41,833 bases of DNA from Promethearchaeota archaeon (GTDB lineage Archaea > Asgardarchaeota > Lokiarchaeia > Sigyniarchaeales > SOKP01). Location: assembly GCA_018238625.1 (NCBI GenBank), contig JABCSY010000027.1:1-41833 (forward strand), written 5' to 3'. Below the pieces are notes generated by a model. It was not told the origin of the DNA, did not search any database, and saw only the letters and a program-made list of their open reading frames with translations. Positions 29,975 through 40,247 of this stretch are shown here, piece after piece (position 1 is the first letter of the stretch; each line of letters begins with the position of its first letter). The translations under genes and the position numbers were made by a program.

Positions 29975-32314
29975 ATGAAACTTATAGAAATTATAACAAA
30001 AATTAAGAATACTTTACAACATATTATTCGAAAAATTTTTATTCACGAATTATATGTTGAGGGAAAGGAACCTCAAAAATCGTACTGTTTTGAGAGAAAA
30101 TTTTTTGGATTATATGTTATATTTGTATTATATTCGTTATTACTTTTATTTGGAATAAATTTTCCGGGGTCTTATCTATACATCCTTACCTTTGGAAACC
30201 CGTTTGTTTTTTGTAATGCATTAGTAATTTTTTTCCTTGCATTGTCTTTATTATATAGTGTTGATAAAATTAGAGTTTTCATTTTCGAAGAGTACACAGC
30301 GATTAAACAGGTTGCTTTATATATCGTAATGATGGCTGGTATCTATTTGTTTTCTTTGTTTTTATATTCAATAAATCTTAACTTTATAAGCTATTTATTA
30401 GGATTATCAACGGTGTGGCTTGTTCTATTAAGTATTAGGTTCTTTATGTATTCAAGAAAGTTTGCTACAAAAATCGAAGCCAGACTCATAACAAAGTATT
30501 CGGCATCTCGTGGATTTTTAGCTTTTATCGCTCCATATTTTATATTAGGGGTGCTTGTTACAATATCATTATTTTACCGAGGATTATTAGTTTTCATTTC
30601 ATTAGATTTTTTTGGCCCATTTGCTCCTGAAGAAGCAGTATATGTTTATATTTTAGAAATGCGATTAATCATGCCTCTTATTTATTTCAGTTTAATATTA
30701 ACGCTATTGTTTATCATTTTTGAGTACGTTTTTACAAGACGCCGAGCTGAAACAAGAAGAGCCGGTTTATTTGACAATTATACCTTTTCTTTAATTGTTT
30801 TATTTATTTTTTTCTTTCAAGTATTTCAATTAACTATGTTTCTGGTGTTAAACCCAGCCACTATCACTGCACTAAAGGCTAGAGTTGGCGATACAAGCTC
30901 GACAATATGGGTTATTCTCATTGTTGAGTTTGCCTTCTCAATGTATTTCCTATATAGAATTGTAAAAAAATTGGGGCGTTCTTTAGAATGGAGATTCCTT
31001 ATATTTAAAAGAGATGGGCTAATTTTACTAATTTTAGGGTGCGTTTTTGCGCAAACTCTAACGCGGTTTGCTCTACAAACTCAAATTCCAAATCAAGAGA
31101 TTACACTTCTTGGTCAGTTCTTTATGGCTGATAAATATATTGTTTCTTTAATAATGATAATTTTCCTTGGAAGTACATTGTTATTTTACTATTTAAAACC
31201 ACACGAAACATCTATGTTCATTCGTCTACAGAAAGAAACGGTTAGCCAAGAAGAAAAAAGCAAGGACATTATTTATCAATTGATAAGAAGCGAATACATA
31301 AGAAGAGGTAGAGCTTATCCTCTTGAAATCTTAGATCGGGAGTTAATTAGAACAACAAAACTTCCAAAAAATAAGGTTTACTCAATAGTTGAGAATTTGG
31401 CAAAAATTGACATGGACATTCTTTTGACTGAAAAGAAAGATGAAAATGGGACTATGGTAAAGATAATAGATTTTACTTCCGTTACAGAAGGTTACGATAA
31501 AAAAGGAATCGCTCATAAAAAAGCAAAAAAGTATCTATCAGAAAGGCTCTATACCACTATGACCAAGAAAAAAAGCAGCAATCTTAATTTAAGCACTACT
31601 AACAACAACGATAAAGCTTCGGATCAATTTCTAACTTCCCTTTCCACGGATTATGGCAAGAAACAAAAAGATGAGACGCTTTTTGGGCAAAAACAAAAAG
31701 AAACCATAATTACTTTCACTAAAAAAGAAATCCCTACTTCTTTAAAAAATTTAATTATAGATGTTTTAAAAAAAGAATATTCATACCGAATTGAAAACGA
31801 AGAGAAGTATCCGGATTTCCATTTTAATATATCAGAAATTGCTTCTCAAGTTCAAATAGAAACCCGCATCTCTCCAGGTGAACTCTATCCAATTTTAGAG
31901 AGTATTAACGGATCAGATTTAGAATTTAGTTTATTTGAAAATCCAGAAGAACCAGAAGATAAAAAGGTTAGCTTTTTCCCGGTCGCAGACGACGATTTAA
32001 GTTATTCACTTGCAAATTTCAGACCTGAAGAATACAAAAAAGTTAGAAGTAAGGTACTAAAGAATTACATGAAATTTCTAAAAAGAAAGAAAGCAAGAGC
32101 TATTTTTTCTAGGCTTAGGAAAGAAATTGGTAATAAAACAGAAGAGCAACAAGTTTGGAACACACTATATAAAATTTTGAATAATCATTACCCTTTACAT
32201 CTAGCTGTACTTGAAAGAGTAAAATTAGGGGAAGATTTGCCAAAAGTTATCAAAGTTTTTCCTAAAAAGGATATTAATGTATTTAGTATTGAATCTAAAG
32301 CTAAAGCTAAATAG
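29975..32314 (+). CDS. Large membrane protein (about 11 TM) with cytoplasmic C-terminal region containing two wHTH-like units
   Basis: Hydrophobic first 410 aa or so; similar units IIYQLIRSEY..LPKNKVYSIVENL and LIIDVLKKEY..ISPGELYPILESI. Confidence 0.7.
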   Translation: MKLIEIITKIKNTLQHIIRKIFIHELYVEGKEPQKSYCFERKFFGLYVIFVLYSLLLLFGINFPGSYLYILTFGNPFVFCNALVIFFLALSLLYSVDKIRVFIFEEYTAIKQVALYIVMMAGIYLFSLFLYSINLNFISYLLGLSTVWLVLLSIRFFMYSRKFATKIEARLITKYSASRGFLAFIAPYFILGVLVTISLFYRGLLVFISLDFFGPFAPEEAVYVYILEMRLIMPLIYFSLILTLLFIIFEYVFTRRRAETRRAGLFDNYTFSLIVLFIFFFQVFQLTMFLVLNPATITALKARVGDTSSTIWVILIVEFAFSMYFLYRIVKKLGRSLEWRFLIFKRDGLILLILGCVFAQTLTRFALQTQIPNQEITLLGQFFMADKYIVSLIMIIFLGSTLLFYYLKPHETSMFIRLQKETVSQEEKSKDIIYQLIRSEYIRRGRAYPLEILDRELIRTTKLPKNKVYSIVENLAKIDMDILLTEKKDENGTMVKIIDFTSVTEGYDKKGIAHKKAKKYLSERLYTTMTKKKSSNLNLSTTNNNDKASDQFLTSLSTDYGKKQKDETLFGQKQKETIITFTKKEIPTSLKNLIIDVLKKEYSYRIENEEKYPDFHFNISEIASQVQIETRISPGELYPILESINGSDLEFSLFENPEEPEDKKVSFFPVADDDLSYSLANFRPEEYKKVRSKVLKNYMKFLKRKKARAIFSRLRKEIGNKTEEQQVWNTLYKILNNHYPLHLAVLERVKLGEDLPKVIKVFPKKDINVFSIESKAKAK

Positions 32315-32372
32315 ATCTTGTACGTTTTGTTTTTAATTTTGGTAATCTAAATATTAACTAATTTGAATTAAA

Positions 32373-33653
32373 ATGACGATCAAAAACAAAAAGTATTCGT
32401 TGAGAAATACATTCATCGGTTTGTCCTCTTTTCAATTACTCGCAATGTTTAGAAGAGGTTTGTTTTATACTTATTTATCAATTTATTTAAGAGATTTTTT
32501 ACATTTATCCGTTACTGAAACGACTTTATACGCTACGCTTCCAATGATAATGAGCGTGATTTTTCAAAATTTTGTTTGGGGCCCTTTAAGCGATAAATTT
32601 CAGAAGCGAAGAACATTCATCATTTCAGGCGAGGTTCTAGCAGGAATAGGGACTACATTAGTATGGTTTATACACTCGTTATTTTCGGATTTAATTGTTG
32701 CAGGATATGTTATTATTTTTGGCTTAATGTGTATAGAAGCGTTTTGGTCGATGTCAAATATTAGTTGGAGCGCTCTCATTAGTGACATTTATCCTTCTTT
32801 AGAGAGAAGCAAAGTTATGGGTCAATTAACTAGTGTTGGAGGATTTGGTCGCATAATTGGAATTTCTTTAGGGGGATTGCTCTATAATAGTGGTTTTGGA
32901 TTTCGAGATGGCCCTTTGTTCGTAGTAGCATCACTCGTTATGTTTGCTTCTACCATTCCAATGTTATTTACACCAGAAGGAGGAACACATTTTGAGCAAA
33001 AATTAGAGGAAGGGATTAATGATAAACCAACGAAAAACGATAATTTCAAAGTAATCTTTACAATCTTTCTAATTTCGTTAATATTCATAAATTTCGGACG
33101 CAATTCCATAGCAACTATCTACAGTCAGTATCTAATTTTAGAAAGCGGTTTTGGTGTAGATAGCTTAATGCTAAGTTATATTGCCAACGCTCGCTCGTTA
33201 GCAGTATTGACGATTGGATTTATCGCAGGTATTTTAAGCAGAAAAGTTGGACATTCTCGTACTCTTATACTGGGTGTGATATTAGCAATTATCGCTTTGA
33301 CGATTACTGCTCTGACAACAACTTTACCATTTATATTTATGGGGAGTTTTTTATTAGGCATGTCTGAAGTTATTATTTTTGCGTCGTCTTATGCGATTGC
33401 TTCTGATTTAATACCTTCAAGAATCAGAGCAAAAATGTTTGGAGCGTATAATACAACCTTTTTTCTTTCCTGGGGATTGTCTTGTACGATTATCTCAGGA
33501 CCTTTAATTGATTTTTTAATCTATGAAGGATTCGGTGAGGTATTCGCATATCAGGCTGCTTTTCTCGTAGGAGCACTGATAACTGGGATTGGCTTAATTA
33601 TATTTTTAGCGCTAGAAATATGGATTAAATTAAAGAATTTTAAAAAAAGTTAA
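32373..33653 (+). CDS. MFS transporter
   Basis: About 12 TM; motif A WGPLSDKFQKRR and AGILSRKVGHSR. Confidence 0.92.
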   Translation: MTIKNKKYSLRNTFIGLSSFQLLAMFRRGLFYTYLSIYLRDFLHLSVTETTLYATLPMIMSVIFQNFVWGPLSDKFQKRRTFIISGEVLAGIGTTLVWFIHSLFSDLIVAGYVIIFGLMCIEAFWSMSNISWSALISDIYPSLERSKVMGQLTSVGGFGRIIGISLGGLLYNSGFGFRDGPLFVVASLVMFASTIPMLFTPEGGTHFEQKLEEGINDKPTKNDNFKVIFTIFLISLIFINFGRNSIATIYSQYLILESGFGVDSLMLSYIANARSLAVLTIGFIAGILSRKVGHSRTLILGVILAIIALTITALTTTLPFIFMGSFLLGMSEVIIFASSYAIASDLIPSRIRAKMFGAYNTTFFLSWGLSCTIISGPLIDFLIYEGFGEVFAYQAAFLVGALITGIGLIIFLALEIWIKLKNFKKS

Positions 33654-33910
33654 TTCATCTAATATTATAGGGGTAGGAATATAAAACAAATTAGCACTTA
33701 AATTATTTTTTTCTTTAAAGTTTCGACGAAATTATTTAATAATTCTTCTATTCTAATTTTTCTTGTTTTAGAAAAAGATGACTATTTTGTTGATTTTAGT
33801 TTCAAATATTATTTTATTATATGAAAGATTCATTTGTGAATAAATTTAAATATCCATAACACTTTCTTTTTCACAATTTAAAACAATTACTCTAAAATGT
33901 CTGAATTTAA

Positions 33911-34237
33911 ATGCAAGAAACAGTTGAAATAATAGAAATTCTCAAAGAATTTAAAACAAACATTAAAAAATTATATGGAGATAAACTTTCGAAGATTATA
34001 CTCTATGGTTCTTACGCCAGAGGTGAACAAACAGAAGATTCTGACGTAGATTTAGCAATAATCCTTAAAGGAGATATTAGACCTTTCAAGGAAATAGATA
34101 AAATGACGGCTATTGCGGGAGAGATTGATTTAAAATATAATATTCTACTCTCTCTTCATCCCGTTTCGGAAAAAGATTATGAATATAGTAAAACTCCCCT
34201 ATTATTAAATATTCACGATGAAGAAGTTATAATTTGA
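33911..34237 (+). CDS. Minimal nucleotidyltransferase (MNT) antitoxin
   Basis: LYGSYARG..DSDVDL motif. Confidence 0.92.
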   Translation: MQETVEIIEILKEFKTNIKKLYGDKLSKIILYGSYARGEQTEDSDVDLAIILKGDIRPFKEIDKMTAIAGEIDLKYNILLSLHPVSEKDYEYSKTPLLLNIHDEEVII

Positions 34238-34629
34238 ATAAAATCGATTTAAAACCCTTAGTTGACAAAGCTAAAAAATTTATATCAACTGCTAAATTAT
34301 TGTTAGATCACGGAGATTATGATAGTTCTGTTTCTAGAACTTATTATGCGATGTTTTATATAGTTGAAGCAATTCTCCTAACCAAAAATCTTAAATTTAA
34401 ATCTCATCGTGGTGTTATTTCTGGTTTTGGGCAACATTTTATTAAAACAAAAATTTTTCCAAAAGATATGAGTGATCATTTAAGAAATGCGATGGATAAA
34501 AGATGTGAAGGGGATTATGAATTTACTACATCGGTAAATAAGGACGAAGCTAACAATCTATTGAAAATAGAACAAGAATTTATTAAAAAATTGATTCAAT
34601 ATCTAGAAGAACAAAAACATATTTATTAA
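34234..34629 (+). CDS. HEPN domain protein (MNT-HEPN pair)
   Basis: SRTYYAMF, KSHRGV and R..GDY motifs; overlaps the MNT stop codon. Confidence 0.9.
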   Translation: MNKIDLKPLVDKAKKFISTAKLLLDHGDYDSSVSRTYYAMFYIVEAILLTKNLKFKSHRGVISGFGQHFIKTKIFPKDMSDHLRNAMDKRCEGDYEFTTSVNKDEANNLLKIEQEFIKKLIQYLEEQKHIY

Positions 34630-34666
34630 AAAAATTAGAATTAGAAAAAAAATAGTAAGGATTTTA

Positions 34667-34855
34667 TTATTTACAACAATCTCCACATTTGAGTTCAGAT
34701 AGGCTTACATATCCGCAGTCTTCGCCCATAAAACACTCGAGTTCGTTTTTCTCTTCGTTAAAGACCATATCTTGGGCACAACACTGAGGAAGAGTTTCAA
34801 TTACTTTTCCACATCCACTACATTTGTATATTTCCATGTTTTCCATTTTATACAT
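34667..34855 (-). CDS. Small Cys-rich metal-binding protein
   Basis: CSGC, PQCC, CFMGEDC and CGDCC (9 Cys); GGTGA SD suggests the start is the second Met. Confidence 0.75.
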   Translation of the reverse strand: MYKMENMEIYKCSGCGKVIETLPQCCAQDMVFNEEKNELECFMGEDCGYVSLSELKCGDCCK

Positions 34856-34878
34856 TCACCTTTTTTTTTCGGATTGGT

Positions 34879-34983
34879 TTATTCAATGATTTCCATCGGT
34901 TTACGGTGATGTTCGTGGATTTTTTGAGCTCCACAAAACGCTCCCATCCAACAAACTTTTTGTCCTAAATTAATAAAAAACAC
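34879..34983 (-). CDS. 34-aa mini-protein or remnant related to the downstream Cys-rich protein
   Basis: GTG start; MFFINLGQKVCWMGAFCGAQKIHEHHRKPMEIIE*. VCWMGAFCG matches ECFMGEDCG of the neighbour. Confidence 0.5.
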   Translation of the reverse strand: MFFINLGQKVCWMGAFCGAQKIHEHHRKPMEIIE

Positions 34984-35174
34984 CTAAATTATTATATTTT
35001 TTATTATATTATAAAATCCAGAATACTAACATGATTATTTTTTAAAATTTAAAATTTAATTTGATTTATTTTTCATAATTCTCTTATCTTAAGCAACGAA
35101 ATGTGAGATTAGTAGTCAAAAAGATTTCGATTTAAAAAAATGCTAAGAAAAAAAAATAAAAGAAAAATGATTAA

Positions 35175-38100
35175 TTACTTCCTAAGTTTCCTTTTGGTAA
35201 GGATTAAAGTTACAACGAGAGTTATTCCGATTAAAGCGATTAAATTATATCCGGGAATGCCTGGAGGAGTTTCTATATTTGTGGTGATTTTAGTTACAAT
35301 AACCGATGCTACAGCTATATTTCCAGCTTTATCTTTTGCGTAGAATCTTATGGTTATCGGGCCGTCTGGAAGTGTTTTCCACTCTAATTGATCAATAACT
35401 CCTGTCAGTTCTGTTATGGTAAAATTAGTATTCCCATTATCGAGACTATACCAAAATTCGGCTAGGTTCGGCTCTTGAATAGAGATACTGAAAATAGGTG
35501 CGTAATCAAAAATCTGTTCGCCAAAGTCAGGGGTTTCAATCGTTATGATTGGAGCATAAATATCTTTATTAATCAGTACTTCAGAAAAAGCTTCATTTCC
35601 TCCTTTATCTTTTACGTAAAATCGAATAACGACTGAATCGTTTCCATACTTACTCCATTCGAATTGATCAATAAGTCCTATAAATTCAGTAAAGTAATAG
35701 TTATTTATCCCATAGTCAAGAGTATACCACATCAAGTCTATATTAGGTTCCTGAACCGAGATATTGAAAATAGGAGCCTTATTGTTGGCAAATCCATCCA
35801 TTTCAGGAGAGTTAATAGTAATAATTGGTATATCAATGTCTTTTAAAACGGTTACCTCAGCATAATCTTCATTTCCTGCTTTGTCACGAGCATAAAATTT
35901 TATTGTAACATCTCCAGTACCTTTCTTATTCCATTCTGTTTGATCAATATCTCCAGTAAAACTAAATATAGGGATATTAGTTAAACCATTATCTAAAGTA
36001 TACCACATTATATCGAAATTCGATTCTGTTACCGAGATTTCAAAGCTAGGAGCATCAGCTCCAAACACCTCATTCTCATTAGGAGAAATAATAGTGACAA
36101 TTGGATCAATAAGATCTTTTATGACTATTACTTCAGTATAGTCAGTATTTCCCATTGTATCGTTTGCGTAAAATCTAATCGATACAGTTCCACTTCCTTT
36201 TTTGTTCCATTCTGTTTGATCAATATCTCCAGTAAAACTAAATATAGGAATATTAGTTATCCCATTATCTAAAGTATACCACATTGAATCTAGATTAGGA
36301 TCAGTAACTAAAATATCATAACTAGGAGTATTATATCCAAATATAGCATCATCAATTGGTGTATTGACTTGAATAGTGGGATCAGTTATATCCTTTTCTA
36401 CTGCTATTTCTGCATATCCTTTATTTCCCAATGTGTCATTTGCATAAAATCTAATCAACACTATTCCACTTCCTTTTTTGTTCCATTCTGTCTGGCTAAT
36501 ATCTCCAGTAAAATCGGAAGCTGTAATGTTGTTTATGCCATCATCGAGAGTGTACCACATTGAATCAAAATCGGGCTCAATAACAGATACATTGAAATAA
36601 GGAGCTGTAAATCCAAAAACCTCATTCTCTAACGGATCATTTATGATAACAATTGGATCACTAATTTCTTTCCTTATGGTTACATCTGCAAATGCAGCGT
36701 TCCCTGCTTTATCTAATACATAGAATCTGATATCAGCTGTTCCATTCCCTATTTTATTCCATTCTGATTGATTTATAGTTCCGTTAAAAAGCGTATGTGT
36801 TATATTTGTTATGCCGTAATCCAATGTGTACCACATCAGATCGATATTAGGTTCTATAATTGTGAGATTAAATTCAGGGGCAAGTTTACCAAACAATTCA
36901 TTTTCAAAAGGTGAATCTATAGTTATAAGGGGTAGTACTGTATCTTTTTTGATTGTAACATCAGAATAACTTGAATTTCCCAAAGTGTTATTAACATAGA
37001 ATCGAAGGTATATATCTCCATCTCCTTTCTTATCCCATTCCGTCTGATTGATAGTTCCTATCAACCCCGAAAATGTAATATTTGTAACTCCATCATCAAT
37101 TGTGTACCAACTAGTATTTATTGATGCGCCAAAAATGGAAAGCTCAAAATCGGGAGCTCTCACTCCGAACACTTCATTTGGGGTCGGTTTTATTATGGAT
37201 ATGATAGGAGAAATCTGATTTGGAATCTCTTCTCCAATAGAGACTTCTGGTAGCTGATCAGACCACTTGTGAACTACAACCCAATCAATCCGGATATCCA
37301 CTTCATCAGTTTTATCTAACCAAGTTCTAACTCTCATCGATCTGCCTGGAATACCGATGCTCTCGTTATTAGAGGATATAATAGAACCCCAGTGAGTTCC
37401 AGGACCATAATAAGCCGTATGTGCAAAAAATCTAACAGGTAATGGTCCAGAGGGATTATTTGTATCATCGGAGTACAACACATCATTTTCATAGTAGGGT
37501 GCTGAAGTTGAATTTATCCAATGCATCTGACCTATGAGCCAATTATTCTCAGATGGTGTAAAAAATGCTCCTCCAGTAATAGCATGATAACCATATGTTT
37601 GTCCATGTTCTATATAATAATCATGGAACCCATAATTCGCTCTTTCGTAAAACACGCTCGGGGGTCGGGTATAAAGTCTTACTTGGCTATTAGATACTGT
37701 TATACTGCTATATTGATCATCATCAGTATTCCATTTTGTGAGATTGAGACTCGAGCCTTCAAAATCATCGAAAAAGATAAAAACATCCTCTCCGTTACTC
37801 TCTGATAATGCTTGGGAGTTTCCGTAATACATGTAAATTGAAGATGTTCCAGATACTGGGACATTTACCCATACAATCGAATCACCTCCATAAACCCAGG
37901 ATTCGATCCAATAGCTTGACTTTTGATTATTCTGGTCATAAAATCGTAAATCACTACCGTCAGAATTCGCATTAGCGTATTCAAAGTTAATATCGTTCAG
38001 CATAACCTTGATTTGAAAATTGTTTTCAGGTGTTGATGGATTAAATATAAGCTCTCTGAAATAAAGCCAATCCTCCTCTGGAAGGGGTTTAGTATCGACT

Positions 38101-39137
38101 GTAAACCATCTCAGATTTGATGCATAATTATCTCCTAATGTATCGTTTCCAAAGATTTGAACATTATGAACTCCGTTTGAAGGCATAGGAAACGTGTAAT
38201 TCCCCGATATTGTTACATTATCTTGTCCGTCTAATGAATACCCTTGCCATTGTAAAGGAGTGGTACTGTCATAGCCTAGTAGTAATCCTTCGTTTAAATT
38301 GTCGCCTATATTATAATTAGGGTTCCAACTAAACCCAAATGCGTCCCAGAATGTATCCCCACCATAATCGTTTAAGTTCGTCCCGAAATACATCTCATCG
38401 AGAGTTGATAAATCATTCTCAAATTCAATATTTTCAACGCGACCGACTTCAGTTCCTAAATCATTAGTTATAACCCATGTAAATTGTCCTTTAAGCCCCT
38501 CATTACAATCAAAACTTATAGAATGATGGTACCAATCTCCGAGGATAATAGTAGCTATTTCTTGCCAATTTGATCCATCATAATATACAATCTTTCCATC
38601 ATGCAACTGAATGGTTATTCTAAACGCTATTGTATTGTCCGAAGCACGAAGTTGTAAATAATGCCTCTGAAGAGTAGAACCACCACCATTATACGCTGAC
38701 CATAGATAAAATTCAATTGTTCCTATAGCTTGCGGATTATCGAAATTATGAACACCCCAAGTATATGAACCACCTTGAGCATCAGCCATTTTTATAAAGT
38801 CTCTATGCCCATAAGAAATTCCCTTAACCGATTTAATCCAACAATAAGTTCCTTGAGAATAACCTTGATATTCGTCAAAAAATCTCATAGCTGAACCATA
38901 ATTCCCCCCGGGATCATCCTCAAATCCATATGTTGCGGGATAGTAGCCGCCCATAGGCTCAGTGTAAGTCTTATTTTCGGGTGTTATGATGATTATCTCT
39001 CCGTCGTTCGATTTTGGATTATTAAAATCTTCTGCATCTTGAATTACCATTGGCGAAGAAAAGATCATTTCAAATAAGGGTCCGCATGTCAGGAGTAGGA
39101 GAAAAACCACGCTATACGCAATTTGTTTATTTTTAAT
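35175..39137 (-). CDS. Large cell-surface glycoprotein: signal peptide, lectin/LamG-like insert, DUF2341-like domain, seven Ig-like repeats, Loki-CTERM-like sorting tail
   Basis: N-terminal KNKQIAYSVVFLLLL signal; DGSDLRF..YWIESW..WVNVP..YMYYGN; seven 92-aa repeats with WYTLDxG and FYAxDxxGN; many NxT/S sequons; tail PPGIPGYNLIALIGITLVVTLILTKRKLRK. Confidence 0.88.
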   Translation of the reverse strand: MKNKQIAYSVVFLLLLTCGPLFEMIFSSPMVIQDAEDFNNPKSNDGEIIIITPENKTYTEPMGGYYPATYGFEDDPGGNYGSAMRFFDEYQGYSQGTYCWIKSVKGISYGHRDFIKMADAQGGSYTWGVHNFDNPQAIGTIEFYLWSAYNGGGSTLQRHYLQLRASDNTIAFRITIQLHDGKIVYYDGSNWQEIATIILGDWYHHSISFDCNEGLKGQFTWVITNDLGTEVGRVENIEFENDLSTLDEMYFGTNLNDYGGDTFWDAFGFSWNPNYNIGDNLNEGLLLGYDSTTPLQWQGYSLDGQDNVTISGNYTFPMPSNGVHNVQIFGNDTLGDNYASNLRWFTVDTKPLPEEDWLYFRELIFNPSTPENNFQIKVMLNDINFEYANANSDGSDLRFYDQNNQKSSYWIESWVYGGDSIVWVNVPVSGTSSIYMYYGNSQALSESNGEDVFIFFDDFEGSSLNLTKWNTDDDQYSSITVSNSQVRLYTRPPSVFYERANYGFHDYYIEHGQTYGYHAITGGAFFTPSENNWLIGQMHWINSTSAPYYENDVLYSDDTNNPSGPLPVRFFAHTAYYGPGTHWGSIISSNNESIGIPGRSMRVRTWLDKTDEVDIRIDWVVVHKWSDQLPEVSIGEEIPNQISPIISIIKPTPNEVFGVRAPDFELSIFGASINTSWYTIDDGVTNITFSGLIGTINQTEWDKKGDGDIYLRFYVNNTLGNSSYSDVTIKKDTVLPLITIDSPFENELFGKLAPEFNLTIIEPNIDLMWYTLDYGITNITHTLFNGTINQSEWNKIGNGTADIRFYVLDKAGNAAFADVTIRKEISDPIVIINDPLENEVFGFTAPYFNVSVIEPDFDSMWYTLDDGINNITASDFTGDISQTEWNKKGSGIVLIRFYANDTLGNKGYAEIAVEKDITDPTIQVNTPIDDAIFGYNTPSYDILVTDPNLDSMWYTLDNGITNIPIFSFTGDIDQTEWNKKGSGTVSIRFYANDTMGNTDYTEVIVIKDLIDPIVTIISPNENEVFGADAPSFEISVTESNFDIMWYTLDNGLTNIPIFSFTGDIDQTEWNKKGTGDVTIKFYARDKAGNEDYAEVTVLKDIDIPIITINSPEMDGFANNKAPIFNISVQEPNIDLMWYTLDYGINNYYFTEFIGLIDQFEWSKYGNDSVVIRFYVKDKGGNEAFSEVLINKDIYAPIITIETPDFGEQIFDYAPIFSISIQEPNLAEFWYSLDNGNTNFTITELTGVIDQLEWKTLPDGPITIRFYAKDKAGNIAVASVIVTKITTNIETPPGIPGYNLIALIGITLVVTLILTKRKLRK
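35929..36285. repeat. Near-identical 81-bp segments in adjacent Ig-like repeats
   Basis: 35929-36009 and 36205-36285, offset 276 bp, 3 mismatches by eye. Confidence 0.8.
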
Positions 39138-39249
39138 TTTTTATCACTTCCTTGATTTTTGTCAAAATCGTTATTAAGTAAATAGGTTAAGCTTCTATTT
39201 ATACTTTTTATAGAGAGGAAAAAATGCCACTAAGATAGAAATAAATATG

Positions 39250-39285
39250 ATGGGTGATTATATGGGAATGGGTGTTTAAATGGGA
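39250..39285 (+). promoter_or_regulatory. 18-bp tandem repeat spanning the AbrB SD and start codon; possible operator
   Basis: atgggtgattatatggga followed by atgggtgtttaaatggga (16/18 identical). Confidence 0.45.
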
Positions 39286-39522
39286 AAGGTTGAAATTGAC
39301 GATCGTGGGAGAATAACTCTACCATCAAAAATACGAGAAAAACTCTTGATAAAGTCAGGGGACAAATTATCGATTAAGGTTAACGGGGATAATTCTATTA
39401 CGATTAAGAAAAGTCCTACAAAAGAACAGATTTTCAAAGAGTTAGTAGGCTGTATAACTACTCCTATTGAAGAAAAGGCTACACCGGAGATGATAAAGAG
39501 CATATGGAAACAAAATCCGTAG
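39280..39522 (+). CDS. vapB: AbrB/MazE-family antitoxin (VapB-type)
   Basis: VEIDDRGRITLPSKIREKL.I..GD motif. Confidence 0.9.
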   Translation: MGKVEIDDRGRITLPSKIREKLLIKSGDKLSIKVNGDNSITIKKSPTKEQIFKELVGCITTPIEEKATPEMIKSIWKQNP

Positions 39523-39935
39523 TTTTTATTGATTCCAATTATTGGATTTATCTCTTCGATAAAACTTGCGATGAACATGCTTATGTTGTCGACCATTTTA
39601 AAGATTTATACGATACCGCTTCATTAGCTTTAAATACTATTGTCATGATTGAAGTGATGCATTATTTAGTTAAACGATTAGGACCGACTGTTGCGAAAGA
39701 AAAATGGCAAGTGTTCTCTTCAATCGATTTCATTATAGGAAATCTTGAATTCGAACAATTAGATCCGATTTTTGACGTCTTATCTAAATTTTCACATACA
39801 GGTATTGGCGGAAGAGATGCTACTATTTTAAGCTTTATGAAAGAACAGAATATTACGAAACTATGTACCCACGACAACGCATTTACCAAGATACCTAATA
39901 TTGAAATAATTGATCCTATACCAAAAGAGAATTGA
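39504..39935 (+). CDS. vapC: PIN-domain toxin (VapC)
   Basis: VFIDSN, IEV, RDATI and THDNAF motifs; overlaps the antitoxin gene. Confidence 0.92.
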   Translation: METKSVVFIDSNYWIYLFDKTCDEHAYVVDHFKDLYDTASLALNTIVMIEVMHYLVKRLGPTVAKEKWQVFSSIDFIIGNLEFEQLDPIFDVLSKFSHTGIGGRDATILSFMKEQNITKLCTHDNAFTKIPNIEIIDPIPKEN

Positions 39936-39970
39936 TGTGCAAGTATTCGAAAAAAGAAAAAAAATAGTTA

Positions 39971-40099
39971 TTAAGATTTCACGCGTTTTCTGATAAGAAG
40001 AGCAGATATTATATCGAGGGCTCCCAATAAAAGGTAGAGATCGTAGCCGGGAATGCCCGGAGGAGCGGGGGGTGGTTCTTCTGAACTGTCTTTAATCAA
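39971..40099 (-). pseudogene. Orphan surface-protein C-terminus (Loki-CTERM-like tail), copy 1
   Basis: LIKDSSEEPPPAPPGIPGYDLYLLLGALDIISALLIRKRVKS*; no gene body upstream, where an in-frame stop lies about 13 codons away. Confidence 0.8.
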
Positions 40100-40247
40100 T
40101 AAAGAAACATTTGAAAAGAGTGTTTTAAAAACATAGATTTATATTTCTTTTTTTTATGACATCTTAATAAAAGAAAAATATGAGAGATTTATATAAATAG
40201 GATGAGAAATACCTATATTTTAAGATAACAGAAAAATATTTCCTAGA

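Noticed and set aside
225-39889. Short antisense or overlapping ORFs in the track (e.g. 225-440, 5135-5383, 9010-9402, 15314-15538, 18327-18803, 27914-28210, 37521-37805, 39276-39596, 39662-39889)
   Set aside because: They are shadows of well-supported genes on the opposite strand and have no recognisable motifs.
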